Source of the DNA: Octopus sinensis | Taxonomy: Eukaryota | Assembly: GCF_006345805.1 (NCBI RefSeq) | Contig: NC_042999.1 | Location: 162,378,001 to 162,442,000 of the forward strand | Length of the DNA: 64,000 nt | Direction: 5' to 3' | Part shown: positions 1 through 12,920 of the stretch, piece after piece | How positions within the stretch are numbered: the stretch's first letter is position 1 | How the letters are laid out: the number at the start of each line of letters is the position of its first letter | The notes under the pieces: model-generated | Told to the model about the DNA's origin: nothing | Seen by the model: the letters and a program-made list of their open reading frames with translations, nothing else | Database searches by the model: none | Translations under genes and position numbers: made by a program

Positions 1-40
1 CACTACAGTAAAAAGACAAAAAAAGAAAAAAAAAAACATC

Positions 41-196
41 TGTGTGGTAAGTAGCGTGTTTACCAACCACATGGTTCCGGGATCAGTCCCACTGTTTGCA
101 CCTTGGGCAAGTGTCTTCTACTATAGCCCCGGGCCGACCAAAGCCTTGTGAGTGGATTTGGTAGACGGAAACTGAAAGAAGCCTGTCGTATATATG

Positions 197-243
<47 letters not shown>

Positions 244-445
244 TTGTCCCCCTAGCATTGCTTGACAACCGATGCTGGTGTGTTTATGTCCCCATCACTT
301 AGCGGTTGGCAAAAGAGACCAATAGAATAAGTACTGGGCTTACAAAGAATAAATCCCGGGGTCGAGTTGCCCGATTAAAGGCGGTGCTCCAGCATGGCCG
401 CAGTCATAATGACTGAAACAAGTAAAAAGAAAAAGAAAGAAAGAA
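41..445 (+). mobile_element. SINE family A (tRNA-like head, internal (TA)n(TG)n tract, GTAAAAGA-type tail), 5'-clipped
   Basis: Near-identical to copies at 8021, 21802 and 41357; box A/B-like TGTGTGGTAAG...GGTTCAGTCCC head in the family; shared 3' GGTGCTCCAGCATGGCCGCAGTC..TGACTGAAACAAGTAAAA. Confidence 0.9.
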
Positions 446-1871
446 CAACAAGAGCCCATCTACTTAGCGTATCCTGTTTAGGGTACTGAGTATCTCATCA
501 TAAGAAACAGTACAAAGATGACCAAGGCTTGAATACCAACAATCCTTCCTTTAGACTACAATACTATGGAGAGAGATGCAGTTCACTGTTGTAGGCAGGA
601 GAATCATTATATAATTGACAAATATTTCTTTTTTAAGTCAATGCTGATAGTTCTCAAAGCATCCTGTAGAGGAAGCCTATGTGGCAAAACCATGATATTA
701 TAACAAAAGTACATAAAGTCAGAATTGTCAAACTTCAGAAGCCCTGAGTCAACTTACTGCTGGGGGATCTATTATTCCATGAATCTATCTCAACCAGTTT
801 GATAGTAATTCAGCATGAGACACATGGTCAGAGTAGTAATTGGCCTAGCTAGTACAGACAACTAAGGCACAGCTTCATGCATTCAAACTGATAAACAACA
901 ATGATCTGAGGAGTAACTACTATTAAATGAAAACAAGACAACAAAGAAAACTACAAGGGGGAAAAAAAGAGTAGATATGGGCTATGATGACACAAAACAC
1001 TATCAAAGAAAAAAAGAAAGAAAAAGTTTGACATCTAAATTGTAGAAATCTGTAATCAAGATATACTACTTGTGACAACCATATTGATTTGTTTATTCAT
1101 GTATGAAATAAATATGCAAATCATTTCTAGAATCTTCAGATATTCTAATTACAGAGAATACACACATACACACACACATGTGTGTGTATCCATCCCCTAA
1201 AAAATAAACAAATAAAAAATTTTAAATGTATATATAAATAAAAACAAAATATCCTAATTACAGAGATGAGAAAGTAAAAATAAAATAAAATCTAAGAAAT
1301 AAATTTAAAAAATAGATGAATAAATTTTCAGTAAATATCCTAATTACAGTCAAAATTATATATAATATAAAAGCATAAAATAAAATCAATGAATTCATCA
1401 CTATTATTTTTATTTTTCCCCTTAGTATTTCTTTCAATATGTAGATTGGTTATTTATGACTTTTCACTGAAATGGGAGTGATAATATTGGTCAAGCAGAG
1501 AGCATTAAACTTCGCTCACAAGCCAGACAGCCCTTTGATGGACTTGAACTCAATACTACTTGCTCATGAAATATTAATTAGACCATGGTCCAATTTTTTA
1601 TTGTGATATCTACCTTTCATATACAGTTGAGAGTTCAAATACACGGCAGATGTTTCACTGTTTCTGTATAGAACACATTATTTTACATAGCCTCAGTTCA
1701 CCTTGCTACCAGTGGCTAATAGGTTCCCAGTCATCTTGTGAATGTAGCCCGATATAAGGTTCGTATCCGATTCACGGAGGCATTTATTTCTCATCCGCTT
1801 GATGACAAGAGGCTGGAGCTAAGTCTTGATATTTGAAGGATCCTCAGAAGTGTGAAGACATTTACATTTTA

Positions 1872-2066
1872 CTAGCAGTATCGCCCGGCGTTGCTCAGGT
1901 TTGTAAGGGAAATAACTATATAAGCATTTTTAGAGAGTTATAGCCAAAAATTAGCAAAAAATGCATTAAAAATGGAAAAAAAATGATGGTAAATTTTTTT
2001 AAAAATCGATTGTAGACGCGCGCTAATACCCAGAAGGGCTCGATATGAATCACGACTATAAGATAG
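1872..2066 (-). mobile_element. Non-autonomous Helitron-like element, 3' part
   Basis: On the minus strand ends CCTGAGCAACGCCGGGCGATACTGCTAG|T (subterminal hairpin plus CTAG); matches copies at 11367, 23216 and 28727. Confidence 0.8.
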
Positions 2067-2071
2067 TTAAA

Positions 2072-2370
2072 CCCAGACCGGGCGTTGTGAGTGTTTATTG
2101 AGCGAAAACACCTAAAGCTCCACGAGGCTCCAGCAGGGATGGTGGTGATCCCTGCTGTACTCTTTCACCACAACTTTCTCTCACTCTTACTTCCTGTTTC
2201 TGTTGTACCTGTACTTCAAAGGGCCGGCCTTGTCACTCTCTGTGTCACGCTGAATATCCCTGAGAACTATGTTAAGGGTACACGTGTTTGTGGAGTGCTC
2301 AGCCACTTACACGTTAATTTCACGAGCAGGCTGTTCCGTTGATCGGATCAACCGGAACCCTCGTCGTCAT
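2072..2370 (+). mobile_element. SINE family E, 5'-truncated
   Basis: Matches the full copy at 61914-62302 from CCCAGACCGGGCGTTGTGAG to GGAACCCTCGTCGTC. Confidence 0.9.
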
Positions 2371-2590
2371 TCCAATCCAATTTGAGAGATGAGGAATTAT
2401 GTACATTATTTACATTTGACAGATATTTGTCTTCATTTTGTTTGTTAACACGTTTCGGCTGATATACCTTCCAGCCTTCTTCAGGTGTCCTGGGGAAATT
2501 TCGAACCTGGGTTCTCATTCCTAAGGTATTTTTCAATGTTATTATTATTATTATTGTTATTATTCAGGTCACTGCCTGGACTTGAACTCG
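2371..2590 (-). mobile_element. SINE family C (hammerhead-containing), head truncated to box B
   Basis: Reverse-complement homolog of 2591-2877; HHR has CTGAAGA and GAAA but a 3-nt deletion at the cleavage site. Confidence 0.85.
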
Positions 2591-2877
2591 GGCAAATGGT
2601 GTAGTGGTTAAGAGTGCGGGCTGCTAACCCCAAGATTCCGAGTTCAATTCCAGGCAGTGACCTGAACAACAACAACAATAACAACAACAGCAGCAGCAGT
2701 AACAGCAACAACAACGAAAAATACCTTGGGAATGAGAACCCATGTACAAAATTCCCCCAGGACACCTGAAGAAGGCTGGAAATTATATAAGCCGAAACGT
2801 TGTGTTAACAACAGACAAGATGAGGACAAATACCCATCAAATGTAAATAATGACCATAATTCTTATTTGCTCGAAAT
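2591..2877 (+). mobile_element. SINE family C: tRNA-like head + (AAC/AAT)n + hammerhead module
   Basis: Box A TGGTGTAGTGG (2597), anticodon-arm-like GCGGGCTGCTAACCCCA, box B GAGTTCAATTC; three copies in the window. Confidence 0.85.
2761..2806 (+). ncRNA. Minimal type I hammerhead ribozyme motif
   Basis: Stem I GACAC/GTGTT; CTGAAGA 2766-72 plus extra A; stem II GGCT/AGCC; GAAA 2794-97; palindromic AACGTT stem III; predicted cut GUU after 2801. Confidence 0.7.
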
Positions 2878-3181
2878 CTGTTCTCAGTAAGCTAAACTCA
2901 TAGCTTCCTTTCAGTTCTCAGCTGTATACAATTCACTTCACTCTGTAAATCTTTTATGAAGTCAATTTAGTTGGAGCATAGATCACATTCAAAATAATGA
3001 TTTGCTCTCACTGGTGAGAAGGAGAATTAAATATGACTAGGGGTCTAGAGAGAACTATAGAAGGATTGGTTAATAACATAAATAGAAGAATCAAGCAAAA
3101 GTTCAACAATTTATATACTATTACTGATGCTGATCCAGTTCACTTTACTAAGAGTAGAACCAAACAGTTAATTTACTGCTG

Positions 3182-3817
3182 TAAATACCGCCAAACAATA
3201 CCTACTTTTTGATTCATTTCACCCAAAACACACTAAAACAAACATCCCTTTCAACCTTGCAAGAAGGATATGCACAATAGTGTCAGAACAAAATACCAGG
3301 AACTTTAGACTACAAGAACTCAAAAATACCCTAATTAACAGACCCAGTTCAACTCTTGTTTTCTGAAATTACGGATGCAAAAGTAAAAAAATGTGGTAGA
3401 CCAAACTGCGCAACATGCCCAAACCTTCTAGAGGGATCAGAATTCCTCTTCAAAGAGGGACAAAAATTCAAGATCAAATCTAATTTTACTTGTGCTTCAG
3501 AAAACATAATTTATGTCATAAGATGGTCGGGCTGCCACCAAAACTATATAGGGTCCACGGGATTATCACTCAGACGCAGATGCACTCTGCATCGACAACA
3601 GATTGCATTCCCAGAATTAAGAATGATACCCTTTAGTGAGCATATTGAGAAATGCGCAAAGCAACTACTACCACAATTCTTAATCTTTCCATTTCATCAA
3701 TGTGCTATTGGAACACCAACACAAATTAGATTTAACAAGGAAACATTGTTCACTGAAAAATATAAGCCTAAACTTAACCATCCTAACATTCTTATACAGA
3801 GAAACTCATCTCATTGA
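3182..3817 (+). pseudogene. Penelope-like element fragment: RT C-terminus + GIY-YIG endonuclease
   Basis: Translates to KQYLLFDSFHPKHTKTNIPFNLARRICTIVS, then CGRPNCATC, NIIYVIRW..YIGST..LRRRCTLH, and KYKPKLN. Confidence 0.9.
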
Positions 3818-5005
3818 AAAAAAGAAAAAAATATAAAGTGATTATCTCCCTTATACCGGAAGAAATCCCTGATTACCTCCCCCTGCCTAGAACTCTTCTT
3901 TGCACTACATAATGAAGACATGTAGGTAAAGACACTTGAGAAATTTGAAAAGTTTACACGAAACCGGTTATTTCTCCAAAAACTATGTTACTATACACAA
4001 AATTTTATAACATTTTTCTAACATAACGACTTAAATAAATTCTTTAACCTTATAAAACAAGTCTTCTGTAGTTTTTTCACTCTTTTCTATTTTATATATA
4101 TATATATATATTAGCTTAGTTTTTTCTTGGGGCTGGACAGATTGGAACAATCTCGAGTATAACCAGCCAAAATTGCAAAGATAATCTGGAACTCGACTGA
4201 GGAAAGAAAACTTTGATTGACCTGTCCGTGTTTTTGCTTGCCCCTCTTTTGTATCATCTGTCTGGATGTTTTGCATTCTTGTCCCATTTTTTCTATTCCT
4301 TTTTATATACATATGGTGGCATACATAACACTTTGGTCTATTATATCTAAGTACATATATATATATATATATATCTAAATTTTGTATGACACTCTTATTC
4401 TTTCTTTCTTTCTATCTATCAGCCCCTTCACACTTCGTTCTTTTGACTTTTCTTTCTTTCATTACCCCTCTCTCACATTTCCTTGCTTTCTCTTCATTCT
4501 CACCTTCCCTCCTCTTTCACTTCACTATGCATCTTTTCTTTTTTTTCTCGTCCCTCCCTAATTCTTGTGCCCTTCTGCTTCTACCTCTCTTCTCTCTCTC
4601 CACATGACCGTAGTTCGGCCAAGCCTGACCTTCTTTCTTGGTTCGACTACCATCCCAACATGCCTGTCACCTCTTACTATCCCTGCCGTAAGGCTTCACT
4701 TCCACACATGCCAACTTAATTTAATTTGTCCTTAATTGAAAGACACCTGTTGTTTTGTTCTGTTATTTGCATTTGTATTTATGTACCATTTCTCCGTTTA
4801 TTTTTTCCATCCTTGTTTTCATATACATTCGCTGCTTTCTTCCAAGGAATCTAATGCTCTTAGTTTAGTTTTTCCTTGGGGTTGGTCAAATTGGAGCAAT
4901 CTCGAGTATAACCAGAGAGGGGGTCAAAGTGTGATACACTGACACACAGAAATTAGTTTACACAATTTATTATATCATATTATATTATATTATATTATAT
5001 ATATA

Positions 5006-5113
5006 TCAGACTGAAGCCTGGTGCAGCCCCTGGCTTCCCAGACCCCGGTCGAACCGTCCAACCCGTGCTAGCGGGGAAAGCGGACATTAAACGATGATGA
5101 TGATGATGATGAT
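5006..5113 (+). mobile_element. RTE LINE 3' end, truncated copy
   Basis: GAACCGTCCAACCC...TAAACGATGATGAT tail matches the end of the long RTE at 33749. Confidence 0.85.
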
Positions 5114-5381
5114 ATATACACACATACATACATACAGACATACATATCAGTATTTGTTACTGTGTGTGTATGTATATGTATATATATATACACTCATAAA
5201 TATACCTACAAATTTATATACACTGATGCATGTGCATGCGTATGTGTGTGAATGTGTGCATGCATACTTGTTTACTTTTCTTCAATTGATGAAGTCTGTA
5301 AAATATGTTGTTTGGAAAAGGAAATATTTTGAAAACAAAAAGATTTATAAGCCCTAAAAAGTCACTCCATAATTGCCCACG

Positions 5382-5672
5382 AGCATATGGTTAAGAGCGC
5401 AGGCTACTAAATCCAAGATTCCAAGGCAGTGACCTGAATAATAATAATAATAATAATGATAATAATAACAATAACAATAATAATAATAATAGTAATAATA
5501 AAAATAATAATAATGATGATAATAATAATAATAACATCTAAAAATACCTTAGGAATGAGAACCCGGGTTCGAAATTTCCCCAAGACACCTGATGAAAGCT
5601 GGAGGGTATATCAGCCAAAACGTGTTAACAACAAAGATGAGGACAAATATCCATCAAATGTAAATAATGTAA
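5382..5672 (+). mobile_element. SINE family C copy with mutated hammerhead
   Basis: GGTTAAGAGCGCAGGCTACTAA head, (AAT)n, GACAC-CTGATGA...CAGCC-AAAA (G12 lost). Confidence 0.85.
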
Positions 5673-6204
5673 ACGAGCTTAATATTTAATTTCATATATA
5701 ATTTATATGTGTACATGTGTGTGTGAAACTGAAAACTAAATACAATTTATGATAAAATTTTGATTTAAGTCCAAATGGCTTACAGTAGCAACATTATTAC
5801 ATGTTAATATATACAGCATGGTTTAAAGGCACAAAGAAATTTTACCTGCCAAATGTCAAAATATAAGCCATTTACTGAGTGATACATTGAATGTTATGCA
5901 TTAACATTTGCATGTTTATAATGAATTGGAAATCATTTGTGTTTTATATATAATCATTGATATTTATAGTTTAATTAAGGCAGTGTAGTGGCAGAATTGT
6001 TATCAGCATTTTCTCTGTCTGCTAATTTTAATGCATAAATCAAACCTTGACTGAGTAAACTTATCACCAATATCATTCTGGTTATGACCATCCTATAAAA
6101 AAACTCAATGTGAGGAAGTAGAGTAGGTTATGAATTTATTTTAAACCAAAGTTACATTCATTGCAACTAACAGTTTCATATTTTATTCATTTTCAAGCAA
6201 TCAA

Positions 6205-6640
6205 TCATCATCATCATCGTTTGACGTCCGTTTTCCGCGCTAGCATGGGTTGGACGGTTCGACCGGGGTCTGGGAAGCCAGGGCTGCACCAGGCTCCAGT
6301 CTGATCTGGCAGAGTTTCTACAGCTGGATGCCCTTCCTAACGCCAACCACTCCGCGAGTGTAGTGGGTGCTTTTTACGTGCCACCTGCACAGGTGCCAGG
6401 GGGGTCTGGCATCGGCCATGATCGGTTGGTGCTTTTAACGTGCCACCGGCACGGAAGCCAGCCAAGGCGGCGCTGGCAACGGCCACGTTCGGATGGTGCT
6501 TTTTATGTGCCACCGACACAGAAGCCAGTCGGGACGGCGCTGGCAACGGCCACGTTCGGACGGTACTTTCTATGTGCCACCAACACAGGTATCACACCTA
6601 CTATTTACATTGATACTTGTTTCGATGTTCGTGTACATGC
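6205..6640 (-). mobile_element. RTE LINE 3' UTR copy
   Basis: (CAT)n tail on plus strand; GTGCCACCGGCAC units; homologous to 33330-33749. Confidence 0.9.
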
Positions 6641-7054
6641 ACTTGACTCAACAGATCTCCTCAAGCACAGCGAGACGTTCCGGGATCCAAGGTACTTTGA
6701 ATGGGCAGGGGCTATGCGGAACTGAATAAATAAAAGAGGCCTGTACGATATAAATTACAAAAACCATTGGATAACTATGTTGAGAATAAATAATGATATC
6801 GTATGAAGTATGATATAAAGCTGTCATTCACTTACTTGCTTGACAAAAATAACAAGTATCTTATTCATGTCTGCTGAAGAACAGTTTCGATAACTTTTTT
6901 AGAACATGGATGAAGAACAAATATTTTGATCTATAGTGACAAAAGATATCAACTCTGAGCATTAAAGAAGAAACCTTTAAAAACAAAATATATTCATTTT
7001 CTCAGGAAAGCAAAGGTCACAACTTCTGTTAACATGTTTATAAGGTTTGACATC

Positions 7055-7279
7055 TCTTTTTCTCTTTCTCTCTTTTACTTGTTTCAGTCATTTGACTGCG
7101 GCCATGCTGGAGTACCGCCTTTTTTAGTCAAGCAAATCGACCCTAGGACTTATTCTTTGTAAGCCCAGTACTTATTCTATCGGTCTATTTTGCCGAACCG
7201 CTAAGTGACAGGGACGTAAACACACCAGCATCGGTTGTCAAGCAATGCTAGGGGGACAAACACAGACACACAAACACAT

Positions 7280-7352
<73 letters not shown>

Positions 7353-7518
7353 TACGACAGGCTTCTTTCAGTTTCTGTCTACCAAATCCACTCACAAGGC
7401 ATTGGTCGGCCCGGGGCTATAGCAAAAGACACTTGCCCAAGATTCCACGCAGTGGGACTGAACCCGGAACCATGTGGTTGGTAAGCAAGCTACATACTAC
7501 ACACCCACTCCTGCGCCT
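7055..7518 (-). mobile_element. SINE family A, full length
   Basis: Reverse complement of 8021-8450. Confidence 0.92.
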
Positions 7519-8020
7519 ATATGTGTTTTAATAAACCATATGTGTTTTAATAAACCTAACCAAATACCTTTCCAGATTTTTGAAAGGAAGCTAATGCCAA
7601 TTACACTGTCCATTAGTTAACTCAATATGGTCTTTGGAAACTGATTTCTCAGCTGTAAATACTTGTGTGAAATAAACAATTGATCTCAAAAGGATTGAAT
7701 TATTCAATGAGCAATATACAGAATTAAGAAAATTAAACAAGCTAGAAAAATTGGATGAAGAAAATTCAAGATTTTTATGTACTCATGTTGACTGTTATTT
7801 CTGTTGCAAAACTGTGTGCAGCTGAAGCTAAATTTGACATTATTCTATTAAAAATCTCAGAAGTCATGATTCTTTAGAAAATTATTATTTACATAAAGGA
7901 AAGGTTTAACAATGCATGTGCTTAGATTGAGACTGGATGGGGTATTGAACCAAATGATTTTCTGTTTTTTTTTGTTTTTACATTCCTGAGAATTGCAATT
8001 ATTTATTTAACTAATTTAAT

Positions 8021-8192
8021 AGGCGCAGGAGTGGCTGTGTGGTGAGTAGCTTGCTAACCAACCACATGGTTCCGGTTTCAGTCCCACTGCATGGCATCTT
8101 GGGCAAGTGTCTTCTGCTATAGCCCCAGGCCGACCAATGCCTTGTGAGTGGATTTGGTAGACGGAAACTGAAAGAAGCCTGTCGTATATATG

Positions 8193-8225
<33 letters not shown>

Positions 8226-8450
8226 ATGTGTTTGTGTATCTGTGTTTGTCCCCCTAGCATTGCTTGACAACCGATGCTGGTGTGTTTACGTCCCTGTTAC
8301 TTAGCGGTTCGGCAAAATAGACCGATAGAATAAGTACTGGGTTACAAAGAATAAGTCCCGGGGTCGATTTGCTCGATTAAAGGCGGTGCTCCAGCATGGC
8401 CACAGTCAAATGACTGAAACAAGTAAAAGAGTAAAATAGTAAAAGAGTAA
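8021..8450 (+). mobile_element. SINE family A, full length
   Basis: AGGCGCAGGAGTGGCTGTGTGG head through GTAAAAGA tail repeats. Confidence 0.92.
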
Positions 8451-9825
8451 TATTTCAATCCACTTTGTTTATCACTTCATTGAAACAAGACACTACATTT
8501 TCTTGAAGGAACATCTTTCTGATGAAATACAGGATAGCCATATGCTAATATTCTGAGCTAAATTTTATTTATGGCAAATGGATGATTAGGGTTACATGCA
8601 TTTAGACTTTTCATTTAGTTTCTTAAAGACTAGTAGAGCACCCAATGAAAGCTTATAACTAGATGTAAATAAAAATGTCAAAATAACAGAAAATAAGAAA
8701 ATTATATTTATCACTCACAAAATATTACACAGGTAAGATTCACTACAAAAGTTCATGAAGAACAATATTTCTCAGGTAGACAGGAGGAGGTGCCAACACA
8801 CTTTGGTCATCTGAATTTTCAATCTGTAATTTCAAAGCATCCCTAACCCAAACCCAGATAATTACATATAGAAATGTATGGACTGAATAAAAATCCTTCA
8901 CTGAAATTACTGCATACATGATAGAATTTCACACATAATAAGAGTATAAAATCTTCGATTTAACTTCCTCCAGGAGTGTTTAAAATCTAAAAAAACAACA
9001 AGCAAGAGAGTTACTGCCAACAGAATCAGCTAATCTAAAGTGTTAAGAAATACAGACAATGCAATTAGGAAAAGGCATTAAAAGTCAAATGGTGAAATAA
9101 ATGAACATGTTTTGATCTTGCTTTATCTTATACCCAAAGTATATTCACCTTAGCTGGCTTAGACTTAAAAGTGATCAGTAGATATAGCAACAGAAGGTAA
9201 ACAGTGATACTGATACAATTTGCTTCTCCATACAGAGATCAATTCTGATTAGAAAACAAAATAAAAAAAAGCCTTCTCTAGGCAGTATTTGTCATCTAAC
9301 AGTAAGGATAATCTCAGTTAATCAGTTTTATAATTCACTATATATCACATATAACACACTACCACACACACACACACACAGACTACTAGATGCAAAAGCA
9401 ACACTAGGGTAACGAAAAGATGAAAAAAATAAACTCACAACATAAACAAAATAGAAATACTTGAGAGATTGGTAGTAGGATTTGGTGATCCTTAATAATT
9501 CCATGGTAACAGACTAGCCTGAAGAAATCGATTCACACTTTGATGATAAATAAAATCAATAAATATTCTTGTGTATTCAATCCTCTCTCCTGACCACTAA
9601 CTACAGCTCTCAGCACAAACACATACACCTGCAAATATTTATTGTGCTGCATGCATGCGCAATACTCTCTTTCTACATTCATACATATTTTCATGGACAC
9701 TCAAAAAAGTACATTGTTGTTTTTTATTGTGGTAGTATCATTTCCAGCCACCCCAATAAATACTTCTTAATAATAAACAACATGCACACATTAATATTTA
9801 CTTTTATATAACACTTATACACACA

Positions 9826-9998
9826 CACGTGTGTATATATATATATATATATACATGTATATGACAGGCTTCTTTCAGTTTCCATCTACCAAATCCACTC
9901 ACAAGGCTACCGTAGAAGACACTTTGCCCAAAGTTCCATACAGTGAGACTGAACCTGGAACCATGTGGTTGGGAAGTAAGCTTCTTACCACACAGCCA
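9826..9998 (-). mobile_element. SINE family A, head half
   Basis: Diverged homolog of the first 170 bp of family A. Confidence 0.8.
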
Positions 9999-10229
9999 TG
10001 CCTGCACCTATAAACACACACACACATACACATACATATATATATTTATGTTGATAGAGAAGAAAAGGAAAAGGAAAAACATATGTATAGTGTCGTGACT
10101 ATGGATGCATATAGGCAAGTGTTATTTGCGTTGATTTTGCTTGCATTTGGACCTACGGAAGAATCCCAAGGCACGATAGAACTTGTACTTACATGTGCTT
10201 CTCTATCGACACGCATTGAGTCAAACCAG

Positions 10230-10480
10230 GGGCAGCTGATGAAGGGGAACTTTCCTTGTATTGTTTGTCCTGTACTCTGTTTTTTGTTGTTAAAAAAAGT
10301 CCGTTTCCTTGTTTGATTTTATGTTTTCGTCTCTCGTTGTGTTCTACATTTATTTGTGGTGTCCTGTACTCATATATATATATATATATATGCATGTATA
10401 TATACATATAGATGTAAGTATGTACATATATGTATGTATATATGCATATATTTTATTTATTTATTTTATTGTATATATAT
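10230..10480 (+). repeat. Dispersed pseudo-LTR-like repeat (CTGATGAAGGGG family)
   Basis: Homologous to 59811-60040 from CTGANGAAGGGGAA..TTCCTTGTATTG to GTCCTGTAC(T/C)CATATAT. Confidence 0.7.
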
Positions 10481-10539
10481 ATATATATATATATATAAAG
10501 TAAAAGGACAACAAAAACCAAGGCAGGACAAGTATCATA

Positions 10540-12490
10540 ACTCAGAATAATTTAGTTAGAGTAAAGTGAATTTGAAGCTTTACAGCTGTTTCTGGGCTAT
10601 CCCAAGTGATAGGCTAGCATGTCCAGAAACAGAGTATGTATGAAGGTTCTAGATGGGGAAATAGAAGAATAAAGAGTAAAAGTAGGCAGAAGAATACAGA
10701 CAAGAGAATAAAGTTCACAGCTCATCTTTTTCCAGAGGGTATGGAGGTTGGGCCGTATTTCCGTGAAGGTATAGGTCCTTAGGTATAATCCCAGGTAAAT
10801 CCAGCCAGTATTTTGAATGATGTGTTCGTGATGAAGTAATGGATTAAGTGGTTAGCCAATATATAAATGGTCTCCATATTATACAGAATGAGAAAGACAG
10901 ACAGTATTATTCTTCATAGGTGTCGGTTCGGGGTGACAGGTCAGGCATTAAGGTTTTGGTAAAGTGGAAGAGAAAGGTATTTATGTCTATTTATTAAATA
11001 GATGAATTCTAGGTTAGGTGTGGTCAGAGATAAATATAGGATATCCTGGGTCATAATATTTTCTGGTGTCCCATACCAAGGCCAGTGCTCCACATGTGGA
11101 CTCTGCCTGAAACAAGTCCTCCAAATATTAACTCATAACTCACTGCAATTACTCAATAAACATGTAGCATTCTCTACATGTAAGCACAAGTTCTATCGTA
11201 CCTTGAGATTCTTCCACAGGTCCAAATGCAAACAAAATCAACACAAATAACACTTGCCTATATGCATGCATAGTCATGACACTATGCCTATGTTTTTTTC
11301 TTTTCCTTTTCTTCTCTATCAACATAGCTACCTTTAATTCTTCAATTTTTCAATTTTTATTTTCAACTAGCAGTATCGCCCGGCGTTGCTCGGGTTTGTA
11401 AGGGAAATAACTATATAAGCATTTTTAGAGAGTTATAGCCAAAAAATAGCAAAAAAATGCATTAAAAATGGAAAAAAAATTATGGTAAATTTTTTTTTAA
11501 ATCGTTGACTCATCATAGACATTTTTAGAGAGTTACTTCCCTTATATAATAGCGAAAAAATGCATTAAAATGGAAAAAAAATTATGTTAAATTATTTTTA
11601 AAATCGTAGACTCATCGTAGACGCACGCTAATACCCAGAAGGGCTCGATATGAATCACGACTATAAGATACTCCGCAAAATGTGGGAGTAGTTAGGAATC
11701 TAAATCGTAGGAGACAGACACACAAGTTGACTTTTATATATAAAGATTTAAGTTTTAATTTTTATTTCTTTAATTTGTACCCTTTATCCATTTAATTGTA
11801 GTTTTATCCTAGGCATCTATTTTTAGTTATTCCGACTGACTACTGAACCAAATATTCTCTCTGACCACACCTAACCTAGAATTCATCTATTTAATAAATA
11901 TACATAAATACCTTCCTCCTCAACTTTACCAAAACCTTAACACCTGACCTCTCACCCCAAACTGACAAACAATAATACTGGCATCCTATCTCTCTTTAAT
12001 TTCTTATTTTTGATTTTACTTTACTTTCATTCTCATTCATTCTTTCCCACACCTACCCCATTCCTATCCGTTCTCTCTTCCTCCTCTCACTTCTATCCAC
12101 TCACTCACAACCCATTTCTGTCTATCTTTCTCACTGCTATATACCCATGGGGACCATTAACATACTAGCTTGCCACTTAATCCATTACTTCATCATGAAA
12201 AACATCATTCAAAATACTGCTTGGATTTACCTGGGATTATACCCAAGGACCTATACCTTCGACAGAAAGAGATGAGCTGTGAATTTTATTCTCCTGTCTG
12301 TATTCTTCTGTCTACTTTTGCTCTTTATTCTATTTTATTCCTTATAAATTGAGAATTTCCCTGTCTAGAACCTTCATACATACTCACTTTGTTTCAGAAT
12401 ACCCAGTGTACAGACATGCTGGCCTATCACTGGAACATCTAAGAAACAGCTGTAAGACTTCAAATTCACCTTACCCTAATTAAATTATTC
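10540..12490. repeat. Aged inverted pair of PLE-like 3'/pLTR remnants (about 10540-11050 versus 11840-12490)
   Basis: GGTATAATCCCAGGTAAATCCAG..AGTATTTTGAATGATG is the reverse complement of 12205-12250; both arms carry GAAACAGCTGTA. Confidence 0.75.
11367..11746 (-). mobile_element. Non-autonomous Helitron-like element, complete
   Basis: On the minus strand A|TC...CTAG|T termini, subterminal hairpin, no TSD. Confidence 0.85.
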
Positions 12491-12699
12491 AAAATGACTT
12501 GAGATACTCATCCTGCATTGGTTTTTGATGTCCTTTATCCTCCAATATAATATATACTTGATAACATGTAAGCTGAATACAGATCCCTAGCTCCAGCCCC
12601 AGCTGTGAACTTAGAATCTAACGGCTGACCAATTATAGCACTTACTTGGCATACCTATTCATTTAGATCACTGGTGAACTAAACCCCTCATATTCATTC

Positions 12700-12920
<221 letters not shown>

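Noticed and set aside
1141-1352. Three spaced copies of TAT(C/T)CTAATTACAG
   Set aside because: Most simply a decayed AT-rich minisatellite; no further structure seen
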